A DNA stretch of 27,160 nucleotides from Eubacteriales bacterium (GCA_045596785.1 JAZODB010000103.1:1-27160), one strand, 5' to 3'. Shown: positions 17,296-26,466, counted from the stretch's first letter. Notes: generated from the sequence alone by a model not told the origin. Made by a program: numbers and translations.

Positions 17296-18705
17296 TTATC
17301 CTTTCTTTTGAGTAACATCGGTTATGACACACTTCGCCCAAAAGCTCGGCTTCAGCATAGGCAGTCCTATCATTAGCTTTATAACATCTGAAAACTGTAC
17401 CATAAAATAAATATAAACTATCGGAACCGCTGTAAATCTGCATAGAATGAACGAAATAAGCGCAGGCACGCACCACAAGTACACGGAATCGAAAAGAAAC
17501 GTCACAATTGTCTTTCCTCCCGCGCGCAGAGTAAAGTAAATCGCATGAACAAGTGCGTGTACGGGAAGGGAGATTCCCGCAACTGTAAGAAATTTTGTTG
17601 CAAACTCCTGCGCCTCGGGCTCCACATTGTAAATAAGAGGTATGTACGGCGCTACAATAATAATTGCTATTCCGATAATTACATGCGAAACAAATGTAAC
17701 AAACAGAAGCTTTCGGTCAGTATCCACAGCTCCCTCACTGTCACCTATTCCGAGCTTTTGCCCAACCATAATCGAAACAACGGTTCCCATGGAAAACATT
17801 ATAACGCAGAAAAGATTCCAAGCAGTAGTGGCGATATTTGTAGCAGCAATTACAGTAATTCCCCTCATAGAGTAATTTTGGTTTATAAAGGTTGTGCCGA
17901 GAGACCAAAAAAATTCATTTATAAGGAGGGGCGAACCTGTAATTATAATCTTTTTGACAAGCTGCATCGGTATTTTCAAGCTTTTATATGCGCCTTCAAG
18001 GAATTTGAATTTTTTCACTCTGCGATGTGACCAAATCAAAATATACACTATCTCCACAAATCTCGACATAACCGTAGCCAAAGCGGCACCCGATACTCCC
18101 ATTTCAGGGAATCCGAATTTACCGTATATAAGAATATAGTTAAAAACAAGATTCACAACAATGGCAATGCATCCCGCAATCATTGGAGAAACAGTTTCCC
18201 CCATTTCACGCAAAGTTCCGGCGTATGCCTGAACAATGGCGAAAGGCAGCAGTCCTATAAGGGCAATTTTAAGATACTTCTCAGCGTATTTTAATGTCTC
18301 CGCTATCTCCTCCTGTGTATTTTCTTCGTTATTCAGAAAAAGCAGTATCAGCTCATCTCCGAATACGGAGAAAATAACAATTGCAGCGCCGGTTATAACC
18401 ACTGCAAAAATCATCTTAAACCTGAAAGAATCCCTCATTCCCACATAGTCGCCCACTCCGAAGAATTGTGTACCGAATATTGATGCGGCAGACAATCCTC
18501 CGAACAATGCCAAATTGAACACAAATATGAGCTGATTGACTATTGATACTCCGCTCATATGAAGTGTTCCGAGCTTTCCGACCATAATATTGTCAAGCAG
18601 ACTTACAAAGTTTGTTATCCCCTGCTGAATTACTATTGGCAGAGCAAGCATGAGCAAAAGACGATAAAAATTTTTGTCTCCGATAAATTTTTTTATAAAG
18701 CTCAT
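17296..18705 (-). CDS. MATE family efflux transporter
   Basis: 469 aa, about 12 TM. LALPIVIQQ..., DNIMVG.LG, LNYIL-like segment followed by G..G.P.MGV.GAALAT; two-repeat architecture. Confidence 0.93.
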   Translation of the reverse strand: MSFIKKFIGDKNFYRLLLMLALPIVIQQGITNFVSLLDNIMVGKLGTLHMSGVSIVNQLIFVFNLALFGGLSAASIFGTQFFGVGDYVGMRDSFRFKMIFAVVITGAAIVIFSVFGDELILLFLNNEENTQEEIAETLKYAEKYLKIALIGLLPFAIVQAYAGTLREMGETVSPMIAGCIAIVVNLVFNYILIYGKFGFPEMGVSGAALATVMSRFVEIVYILIWSHRRVKKFKFLEGAYKSLKIPMQLVKKIIITGSPLLINEFFWSLGTTFINQNYSMRGITVIAATNIATTAWNLFCVIMFSMGTVVSIMVGQKLGIGDSEGAVDTDRKLLFVTFVSHVIIGIAIIIVAPYIPLIYNVEPEAQEFATKFLTVAGISLPVHALVHAIYFTLRAGGKTIVTFLFDSVYLWCVPALISFILCRFTAVPIVYIYFMVQFSDVIKLMIGLPMLKPSFWAKCVITDVTQKKG

Positions 18706-18719
18706 TTATTGTATATCCT

Positions 18720-20141
18720 TTATTTTGTTGTAATAAACCTGAAAAAGTTCTTCGTATTGTTATAGCATATGTCACATACCAGGGTTGCGAGCATCTCGGG
18801 CTCAAACGGATACATTCCCTCCTCCACAAGCTCACCGATAAAATTGCATAGTATTCTTCGGAAATACTCATGGCGCGAGTACGAGGTGAAGCTGCGGGAA
18901 TCCGTAAGCATACCGTTAAATCTTCCGAACACGCTTGTATTTGCAAGGCCTGCCATCTGCGCTTTCATACCGTCAATCGAATCGTTAAACCACCATGCAG
19001 AGCCCTGCATTACCTTTGGATATCCGTCCTCCGAAGTCTGGAAGCATCCTATCATCGTCGAAATTGCGGCATTGCAATTGGGATCTATCGAATAAAGTAT
19101 AGTCCTTGGCAATCCTCGCCCACTCTCCATCATGTCGAGAAGCTCTATGAGTCCCGTAACATTTGTAAAGCCTATTGTATCAAATCCCGTGTCCGGACCG
19201 AGTTTTTTCATAACAGGGGTATTTGCATTTCTGTAAACCCCCGCATGTATTTGCATTACCCAACCTCGGCGCGCATATTCAGCGGCAAGGAAGCCGAGCA
19301 TCTCACATTTAAGCACACAAAGCATCTCCGTCGTCACATCGCGACCATCCGAAGAAAGTGCACACTCAAGGGCACAGTTTGCGGCGTATTCGTTAGGCTT
19401 AACAAACATGGGGAACTCATCAAGCCCGTGGTCTGCAGTACGACATCCGAGTGAATCGAAATAATCCATACGCCGAACAAGGGCATCCTTAAGACTCGCA
19501 ACATCCTTCACTTCAATGCCCGCAGCCGCACCGAGCTTTTCATAATACGAGCGAAGTCCCGATTTGTTGATATTGAAGCACTTATCGGGGCTGAATGCGG
19601 GAAGAACCTGAGTTTTAAATGATTTATCATCGGCAATGGCGCGGTGATACTCAAGCGAGTCTGCGAGGTCATCGGTAGTGCATAAAATTTCAACATCTGA
19701 TTTTTCGATAAGACCACGCACACGCATATCGGGGCTCGAAAGCATATCCGAGGTAAGCCGCCAAATCTCGTCAGCGGTATCTGGCGAGAGAATCAAATCG
19801 CAGTCAAAATAGCGCTTCAATTCAAGGTGAGTCCAGTGGTACAGTGGATTTCCGATAAGATACGGCATAACTTTTGCATAAGCCATAAATTTATCGTAAT
19901 CGGATGCGTCACCCGTAATGTATTTCTCCTCAATCCCGAAGCTTCGCATTGCACGCCATTTGTAATGGTCCGCGCCGAGCCAAAGCTCTGTTATATTGGA
20001 ATACTGTTTATTTTCAGCAATCTCACGCGGAGATACGTGGCAGTGATAATCAATTATCGGCAGATTCGCCGCATAAGTATGATAAAGAATACGAGCAGTT
20101 TCATTAGTCAGAAGAAAATTTTTACACATGAAATTTTTCAT
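18720..20141 (-). CDS. uxaC: Glucuronate (uronate) isomerase
   Basis: PIIDYHCH, WLGADHYKWRAMR, GNPLYHWTHLELKRYF, AWWFND, GMLTDSRSF.SY.RHEYFRRILC. Confidence 0.96.
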   Translation of the reverse strand: MKNFMCKNFLLTNETARILYHTYAANLPIIDYHCHVSPREIAENKQYSNITELWLGADHYKWRAMRSFGIEEKYITGDASDYDKFMAYAKVMPYLIGNPLYHWTHLELKRYFDCDLILSPDTADEIWRLTSDMLSSPDMRVRGLIEKSDVEILCTTDDLADSLEYHRAIADDKSFKTQVLPAFSPDKCFNINKSGLRSYYEKLGAAAGIEVKDVASLKDALVRRMDYFDSLGCRTADHGLDEFPMFVKPNEYAANCALECALSSDGRDVTTEMLCVLKCEMLGFLAAEYARRGWVMQIHAGVYRNANTPVMKKLGPDTGFDTIGFTNVTGLIELLDMMESGRGLPRTILYSIDPNCNAAISTMIGCFQTSEDGYPKVMQGSAWWFNDSIDGMKAQMAGLANTSVFGRFNGMLTDSRSFTSYSRHEYFRRILCNFIGELVEEGMYPFEPEMLATLVCDICYNNTKNFFRFITTK

Positions 20142-20161
20142 TTTTCATTTCCTATATTTTC

Positions 20162-21025
20162 TTATATTTTATTCAAGTTTTCTCTCAGTAAAAAGAGAGT
20201 TTTTTCTATTTTTGAAATATTGAGCTTGTCCTCCTCCATAACAGGTGACTCAAGTGTAACACTTCCGCTGTACTTTATTTCTAAAAGAAGCGAGAATATT
20301 TCCGTGAAATCAATCCTGCCTTCTCCCGGATGCAGTATCGGGCGCAGTGCGGCAAATTCACGGTATGCTCCACCGAAATCACTGACGTGAATATGTTCTA
20401 TTTTCTCTGTAAGCTCACAATCTCTGAGTATATCCGCACTCTGCTCGTGAAGCTTTCCGAAGCGCGTATCAAATATAAGTCCGGCTCTCCCAAGCTGCGG
20501 CAAAAGCTTTTTCCAATTTGAGCGCGGATCGTGACAGTTTGACGGAATATTTTCAATCAGAAGTCTGATTCCGTATTTTTCCGAAATTTTCTCAAGCTCT
20601 CCGAGCTTCGAAATATTGTATTCAATATATCTGTCCGAGTTTATTCCGCCCCAAAGATGCAAAACCATACGATCGATTCCAAGTGAAGCTCCAACTTCGC
20701 AGTTCACTCGGAATAAAGAAACTGCCGACATGTACAGAGTCTCGGAATCCGCATATTTGCCGTCAGAATAAAGTGCAGCGGCATTGGACAGCATTGTACC
20801 GATTTCTTTTTCGCAATGAATAATATGAGCAGGAACCCCTGACGATTTTACCGCCTCCGCCAATGCTTCTGTTTTATCATAATAAAATCGAAGCATCATC
20901 AATTCGAGACCGTCTCCCAAATTCTTTTCACACAGTCTGTATATTTCGGACAGAGCACGTCGGTAATCATAACCGTTTGAACGACCCACCATTGTTCCCG
21001 TTGATATGAATAAAAGATTTTTCAT
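20162..21025 (-). CDS. Sugar phosphate isomerase/epimerase-like TIM barrel (AP endonuclease 2 superfamily)
   Basis: MVLHLWG, LLIEN, IFD, HIHVSD, PGEGRIDF, VTLES. ATG at 21025 follows GAGGTG. Confidence 0.85.
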   Translation of the reverse strand: MKNLLFISTGTMVGRSNGYDYRRALSEIYRLCEKNLGDGLELMMLRFYYDKTEALAEAVKSSGVPAHIIHCEKEIGTMLSNAAALYSDGKYADSETLYMSAVSLFRVNCEVGASLGIDRMVLHLWGGINSDRYIEYNISKLGELEKISEKYGIRLLIENIPSNCHDPRSNWKKLLPQLGRAGLIFDTRFGKLHEQSADILRDCELTEKIEHIHVSDFGGAYREFAALRPILHPGEGRIDFTEIFSLLLEIKYSGSVTLESPVMEEDKLNISKIEKTLFLLRENLNKI

Positions 21026-21064
21026 CTTCACCTCGGAAAACTTATAAATACTTTCTAATTGTAA

Positions 21065-21093
21065 ATGATACTATACCAATCAAAATTTGTCAA
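21065..21093 (-). promoter_or_regulatory. sigmaA promoter for the isomerase-uxaC-MATE-LURP unit
   Basis: Minus strand TTGACA (21093-21088), 17 nt, TATCAT (21070-21065). Confidence 0.7.
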
Positions 21094-21232
21094 GATAGGT
21101 TGTATTTTATTATAGGTTTATCTCTTGAAGGCTGTATTAAATTCATAATTTGTATCTTTTTATTTTATGTCAATTATAGTATAATGTTTATTGAATATTC
21201 TTTTTCATAATTCCATAAAGGAGTTAAAATAA

Positions 21233-22858
21233 ATGGAAGAAACAAAAAATACAATCGATAACAGCGATATAAGCTTGCTTTATCCCGACCAAGATACTCT
21301 CAGACGCCACATGCTCGGAGAAGAAAGCGCAAAGCTATCTCAGATTACGGCGGAACAGCTTGAGCTTTATTTTCTCATGGATTTGAAAAGCTGCGACTTC
21401 GGCAGCTTTTACACATGTGATCCCGAGGTAATTCTTTACCGTCAGGATACCTTTGAGGATATGACAAGCAACCCAAGTCTTACGCATATTCTTATTAAAA
21501 TGATACCGTTTCTTAACGATATTACTGAGCTTCGTCGTCTCGGAAGTGACTCAGTTGCCTCTACCGAATCGTATCTTTACAGCATTACCGAGGTGGAGCT
21601 TTACACATCTCTCCTTGATTTGTTGCGTGATGAGCTTCTTCCGCTCGCTCCAAAACTGAAAAGCACAGCTTTCCGTCGTTTCGCAGAGCGCATAAATACT
21701 CTTACCGGGAGCGAATATTACAAGAATCTGAACAATCAGCTGAAAGAGCTCACATCGCGTGTTCGCGAGATAAAAAGTGTAACCATCGGAGTTAATCTTG
21801 ATTCTCAGCTTCGCGCTGACCGCGCGGGTGTTCTCTCAATAAACAATGAACAGTTCAAATCGGGAGAGCTTCTTGACAAGATGCTCCGTCTCGATTTCAA
21901 AAACGACGATATGACATGTATTGCCCCTCTTGTGCCATTCAAAAAAGGACAGTCGGACAATCAACAAATGGCTCTCGTAAACGCATTCAACGGAGCTGTG
22001 AACGATGTATTTCGCTCGTCAATCCGTTCATGGAAAAAAGTAATCCAGCACTATGTGCTTGAAAATACCGATTTTCTCATAAGATTAATGCCAGAAATCG
22101 AATTTGTCACAAAAGCAACAGAGCTCCTCCTCAAATTGAAAGATAAGGGATGTCCTCTTTGTCATCCCCAAATACGCCCTATCTCGGAGAAGAAATTCGA
22201 AGCGCACGGACTTTGCAATCCCATAGTATCGGTTAAGCTTGACGGACCCGTAGTTCCGAACGATTTTATTTTTGATGAAAACGGAATGATTTACGTTCTC
22301 ACAGGCCCGAACCGCGGCGGAAAGTCAGTCATTACATGCGCTGTCGGAATTGCATTTGTCATGGCACAGCTCGGACTTCCCGTGTGCGCCGATGAGTGCG
22401 TAATAAGCCCCTGCGATGAAATTTTCACTCACTTCCCCACAGGAAGCGAGGATACAATAGACAAAGGACGTCTCGGCGAGGAATGTTCACGACTTGAAGC
22501 AATATTCGGCGAGATTTCAGAAGACAGTCTCGTGCTTCTTGACGAATCTCTTTCATCGACAGGTTCGTATGAAGGCTCTTATATCGCCTCTGAGGTTCTT
22601 CAGGGATTTTCAATGGTGAAATGCCGCGGAATTTTCTCAACGCATCTTCACGACCTTGCGGCATCGGTAGATTCAATAAACGATTCTTGCGTTCCGCATG
22701 GAGGAGTAAAAATCGACAATCTTGTAGCGGCAATCGAGAAGGGCTCACGCAGTTTCAAAATACTGCGCGCACGTCCCGACGGAAAGAGCTATGCAAGGGA
22801 TATCGCCGATAAATACGGTCTGTCACTTGACAAAATAATGGAAAAAATCAAAAAATGA
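21233..22858 (+). CDS. MutS-related ATPase (MutS domain V with helical N-terminal region; no mismatch-binding or Smr domain)
   Basis: 541 aa. Walker A GPNRGGKS, MAQLG, IFTHFP, Walker B LLDES, STHLHDL. N-terminal SLLYP and YRQDTFED pattern of the short MutS paralogs. AAGGAG RBS. Confidence 0.85.
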   Translation: MEETKNTIDNSDISLLYPDQDTLRRHMLGEESAKLSQITAEQLELYFLMDLKSCDFGSFYTCDPEVILYRQDTFEDMTSNPSLTHILIKMIPFLNDITELRRLGSDSVASTESYLYSITEVELYTSLLDLLRDELLPLAPKLKSTAFRRFAERINTLTGSEYYKNLNNQLKELTSRVREIKSVTIGVNLDSQLRADRAGVLSINNEQFKSGELLDKMLRLDFKNDDMTCIAPLVPFKKGQSDNQQMALVNAFNGAVNDVFRSSIRSWKKVIQHYVLENTDFLIRLMPEIEFVTKATELLLKLKDKGCPLCHPQIRPISEKKFEAHGLCNPIVSVKLDGPVVPNDFIFDENGMIYVLTGPNRGGKSVITCAVGIAFVMAQLGLPVCADECVISPCDEIFTHFPTGSEDTIDKGRLGEECSRLEAIFGEISEDSLVLLDESLSSTGSYEGSYIASEVLQGFSMVKCRGIFSTHLHDLAASVDSINDSCVPHGGVKIDNLVAAIEKGSRSFKILRARPDGKSYARDIADKYGLSLDKIMEKIKK

Positions 22859-22879
22859 CAAAAAAACCGGAGGATTAAT

Positions 22880-23356
22880 ATGAACGAGCTTCTTCGTCTT
22901 CTTGAAAATGACGCAAGGCTTTCACACGAAGCCTTGGCTCTTATGCTTGAAAAAGAAGTCGGTGATATAAAAAAGCTGATTGAAGATTACGAAAAGGATG
23001 GCGTTATTCTCGGTTATCACACAGAAATAGATTGGGATAAAACAAACAGAGAGTACGTCTGTGCAATGATAGAGCTGAAAATCACACCGCAGCGTGACAG
23101 GGGCTACGACCATGTTGCACAGAAAATTTATAACTATCCCGAAGTGGAATCGCTTTATCTGATGTCAGGAAGTTTTGACCTTGCCGTATTTATTAAAGGG
23201 AAAACAATGCGCGAGGTGGCATTCTTCGTTGCCGAAAAGCTCTCCACTCTTGAAGATGTTATCTCAACATCAACTCACTTTGTGCTTAGAAAATACAAGG
23301 ACAATAATGTTATATACGGTGCTGCTCCCATCGATGAGAGAGGAAACGAATTCTGA
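22880..23356 (+). CDS. Lrp/AsnC family transcriptional regulator (YugG-like)
   Basis: LLENDARLS HTH, GVILGY...DWDK, YLMSGSFDL, THFVLRKYK; GGAGG RBS. Confidence 0.92.
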   Translation: MNELLRLLENDARLSHEALALMLEKEVGDIKKLIEDYEKDGVILGYHTEIDWDKTNREYVCAMIELKITPQRDRGYDHVAQKIYNYPEVESLYLMSGSFDLAVFIKGKTMREVAFFVAEKLSTLEDVISTSTHFVLRKYKDNNVIYGAAPIDERGNEF

Positions 23357-24525
23357 TGCTTGATTATTCAAAAATACTTTCGGAAACCGTTCAGGAAATC
23401 AAGCCGTCGGGTATCCGAAAATTCTTTGATATGCTTGACGGGATGAAAGATGTTATTGCCCTGACGGTAGGACAGCCCGATTTTGTAACCCCTTGGCATA
23501 TCAGAGTAGCCGCAATCGAATCGCTTGAAAACGGAAAGACATACTATACGTCAAACAGCGGCACGCTTGAACTCAGACGAGAAATCTCCGCATACATGAG
23601 CAGACGTTTTTCACTCGATTACTCTCCCGAATCCGAAATAATAGTATCGGTCGGCGGAAGCGAAGCTATTGACCTCGCAATGCGTGCATTGATAAATCCG
23701 GGAGATGAGGTAATAATCCCACAGCCGGCGTTCGTATGCTACGGTCCGATTGCTTCTCTTGCGGGCGGTGTCCCCGTATATGTAAATACACAGGAGAAAA
23801 ACAAATTCAAGCTCACCGCAGAAGAACTTCTGGCAACTGTTACGCCGCGAACGAAGCTTCTCGTGCTCCCATATCCGAACAACCCTACCGGTGCGATTAT
23901 GACTCTTGGGGACCTTGAAAAAATCGCCGAAGTCCTCCGCGGTACCGATATAATGGTCCTCTCGGATGAGATATACTGCGAGCTTACTTATTCGGGAACT
24001 CACGTTTCAATCGCATCTGTTGATGGTATGAGAGAAAGAACGATAATAGCAAGTGGATTTTCAAAAGCGTACGCAATGACGGGCTGGCGTCTCGGATACA
24101 CTCTTGCGCCGCCCGAAATCACAAAGCAAATGCTCAAGGTGCACCAGTACGCAATAATGTGTGCACCGACAATGTCGCAATTCGGTGCAGTCGAAGCTAT
24201 GCGCTGCGGAGATTCAGATGTTGAGGAAATGCGCTCCGAATATAATCGCAGACGCAGGTATATAGTGGGCGGACTCCGTGGACTCGGCATTGACTGCTTT
24301 GACCCGGAGGGTGCATTCTATGTATACCCCAATATTTCAAAATTCGGTCTCACATCCGAAGCGTTTTGCGAAAAGCTGCTCAGCGAAGCAGGTGTTGCAA
24401 TAGTCCCGGGAACAGCTTTCGGAAGCTGCGGAGAAGGTTTTGCAAGAATATCTTACGCATATTCGGTAGATCACATTTCAAAAGCACTCGATAGAATCGA
24501 AGTTTTCCTAAAAAAACTCGGATAA
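23356..24525 (+). CDS. PLP-dependent class I/II aminotransferase (YugH/PatA-like)
   Basis: SGIRKFFD, GQPDF.TP, PYPNNPTG, SDEIY, SGFSKAYAMTGWRLGY (PLP Lys). TGATG overlap with the Lrp gene. Confidence 0.95.
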   Translation: MLDYSKILSETVQEIKPSGIRKFFDMLDGMKDVIALTVGQPDFVTPWHIRVAAIESLENGKTYYTSNSGTLELRREISAYMSRRFSLDYSPESEIIVSVGGSEAIDLAMRALINPGDEVIIPQPAFVCYGPIASLAGGVPVYVNTQEKNKFKLTAEELLATVTPRTKLLVLPYPNNPTGAIMTLGDLEKIAEVLRGTDIMVLSDEIYCELTYSGTHVSIASVDGMRERTIIASGFSKAYAMTGWRLGYTLAPPEITKQMLKVHQYAIMCAPTMSQFGAVEAMRCGDSDVEEMRSEYNRRRRYIVGGLRGLGIDCFDPEGAFYVYPNISKFGLTSEAFCEKLLSEAGVAIVPGTAFGSCGEGFARISYAYSVDHISKALDRIEVFLKKLG

Positions 24526-24581
24526 AGCTGTCAGAAAATAAAATATACTTTAATTTATCAAAGAAAAAATATCTATACCTA

Positions 24582-24610
24582 TTGCATTTCGTAAAATCTT
24601 GTGATATAAT
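24582..24610 (+). promoter_or_regulatory. sigmaA promoter for rpmB
   Basis: TTGCAT (24582-24587), 17 nt, TATAAT (24605-24610), with extended -10 TGaTATAAT. Confidence 0.75.
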
Positions 24611-24661
24611 ATTTGATGTTGACTTTTGTTTAATGATTCCTATTATGGAGGTGTAACTTAA

Positions 24662-24847
24662 ATGGCAAAGTGCTGCATTTGCGGTAAAGGTGTTACATTC
24701 GGATGCAATGTATCCCACTCAAACCGTAAAACAAACAGAGCGTGGAAACCGAACATCAGAAAAGTTAAAGCTGTTGTTGACGGTACACACACCACAGTTA
24801 ATGTATGCTCTCGCTGTCTGCGTTCGGGAAAGGTAACCCGCGCGTAA
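24662..24847 (+). CDS. rpmB: 50S ribosomal protein L28, Zn-ribbon (C+) form
   Basis: C..CGK...G.NVSHS.RKT.R.WKPNI...CSRCLRSGKV; GGAGGTG RBS. Confidence 0.97.
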   Translation: MAKCCICGKGVTFGCNVSHSNRKTNRAWKPNIRKVKAVVDGTHTTVNVCSRCLRSGKVTRA

Positions 24848-24867
24848 TCACGAGAAAAAACAGTCTC

Positions 24868-24897
24868 AAAACTCCCTAAAATTTTTTAGGGAGTTTT
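24868..24897 (+). terminator. Intrinsic terminator after rpmB
   Basis: AAAACTCCCTAAAA-tt-TTTTAGGGAGTTTT perfect inverted repeat with T tract. Confidence 0.8.
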
Positions 24898-24936
24898 TGG
24901 CATTTAAACAATTTTTTAAAGGAGATATCACCATAC

Positions 24937-25659
24937 TTGGACAGTAAGTATTTTGCAGTTGTATCGGCGGAAATTTCACACAGTGAATTGTTGTCTCTCG
25001 GTTCTCTGTTTAATGTATATACTTTACCGCCTGACCATGATATAGCAAGACCTGTGCAGTCGCATCCCGACATGATTATGAGCATTGTGGGTAATTATCT
25101 TGTTGTTTCATCCGGGTACTATGAAAAAAATCAATCGCTTATAGACCGTATCGCAGAACATGGCAACCTTTCCATAGTCACCTCAGACATGCCTCGCAGC
25201 TCCGTGTACCCCCACGATATCGGATTAAATACCGCTGTATGCGGCAATTTTCTGATATGCAATAAAAAATATGCAGCTCCCGAAATTCTTCGCTGTGCCG
25301 AACTGTGCGAACTGACAGTTGTTTCGGTAAAGCAAGGGTATGCCGGATGCTCGTGCATTTATGCCGATGGATTACTTATCACATCAGATTCGGGAATTTA
25401 CGATGAGGTTTCCAAAAACGCTCTTTCGTCGGTGCTTGTATCAAACAAAGGAATTTCTCTCCCCGGATATAACGTCGGTTTTATAGGCGGTGTGGGAGGC
25501 TTTGCAAGCGGAACTTTTTATTTTTTCGGAGATATCTCCGGAATGGAATTGGAATCCGATATAAAGACGCTCGCCGCAGAACACGGATTTTTACTGCATC
25601 CATTGTCTGACGGACCGCTCACAGACCGAGGCGGAATAAAATTTATAAAATACGCATAA
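24937..25659 (+). CDS. DUF6873-like protein (predicted pentein / guanidino-modifying enzyme fold)
   Basis: 240 aa with HPDM, YP.DI..N, QGY..CS, ITSD.GI, LPGY..GFIGG, FFGD motifs as I recall for DUF6873. TTG start; the exact start is uncertain. Confidence 0.65.
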   Translation: MDSKYFAVVSAEISHSELLSLGSLFNVYTLPPDHDIARPVQSHPDMIMSIVGNYLVVSSGYYEKNQSLIDRIAEHGNLSIVTSDMPRSSVYPHDIGLNTAVCGNFLICNKKYAAPEILRCAELCELTVVSVKQGYAGCSCIYADGLLITSDSGIYDEVSKNALSSVLVSNKGISLPGYNVGFIGGVGGFASGTFYFFGDISGMELESDIKTLAAEHGFLLHPLSDGPLTDRGGIKFIKYA

Positions 25660-25689
25660 ACAACCATATTTTAAAACTGAGGAAAATAT

Positions 25690-26466
25690 ATGTTTGAATT
25701 TGTACCCCAAATAATCTTTGAAGCCGCAAAAATTATGCTGAGCGCACATGACATGAGAAATGGCATCACCGTGAAATCAGGCGATGCCAACTTTGCCACA
25801 AAATATGATGTTGAGGTCGAAGAATATTTGCGTGCCGCCTTTGCAAAAGCTCTTCCGGAAGCTGTATTTATCGGGGAGGAAAGCGGAGGAAAATCAGATG
25901 ACAGTTCTCTGTACCTGATAATCGACCCTATCGACGGAACGACAAACTTCATCTTTGACTGCCGCCACAGCGCAATATCCGTCGGAATTTGCAGAGACAA
26001 ACAGGTGATTTACGGAGCCGTATACAATCCATACAATGACCATCTTTATCATGCCTGCCGTGGAAACGGAGCGTTTTTAACATGCAACGGGAAAACTGTT
26101 CCGATTGCAGTTTCAAATCTCCCACTCGAAAAATGCCTTGTTGCTTTCGGAACAACTCCCTACCGTAAAAATGAGCTCGGAAAAAAATCCTTTGAAACAG
26201 CTTACAAATTATTCGCAAGCTCACTTGATATTCACCGCTCAGGCTCCGCTGCGCTTGATTTGTGTGATACCGCGTGCGGAAAAATAGGTTTCTTTTTTGA
26301 GTACAGCCTCTCTCCGTGGGACTTTGCGGCAAGCTCAATAATAATCGAAGAAGCCGGAGGAATAATCACACAAACGGATGGCTCTCCCATATCGTTAAAT
26401 AAACCGTGCAGCATTATCGCCGGAAATCCGACAGCATACGCCGCAGGAATAAATATTGTCGAATAA
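25690..26466 (+). CDS. Inositol monophosphatase family protein (SuhB/HisN-like)
   Basis: IGEE, IIDPIDGTTNF, GSAALDLC, SPWDFAASSIIIEEAGG. Confidence 0.94.
   Translation: MFEFVPQIIFEAAKIMLSAHDMRNGITVKSGDANFATKYDVEVEEYLRAAFAKALPEAVFIGEESGGKSDDSSLYLIIDPIDGTTNFIFDCRHSAISVGICRDKQVIYGAVYNPYNDHLYHACRGNGAFLTCNGKTVPIAVSNLPLEKCLVAFGTTPYRKNELGKKSFETAYKLFASSLDIHRSGSAALDLCDTACGKIGFFFEYSLSPWDFAASSIIIEEAGGIITQTDGSPISLNKPCSIIAGNPTAYAAGINIVE

Noticed and set aside
21150-21185. Plus-strand promoter for the MutS-like gene (TATAAT at 21180-21185)
   Set aside because: No acceptable -35 at 16-18 nt and no TG extension; plausible but too weak to list in such AT-rich DNA.
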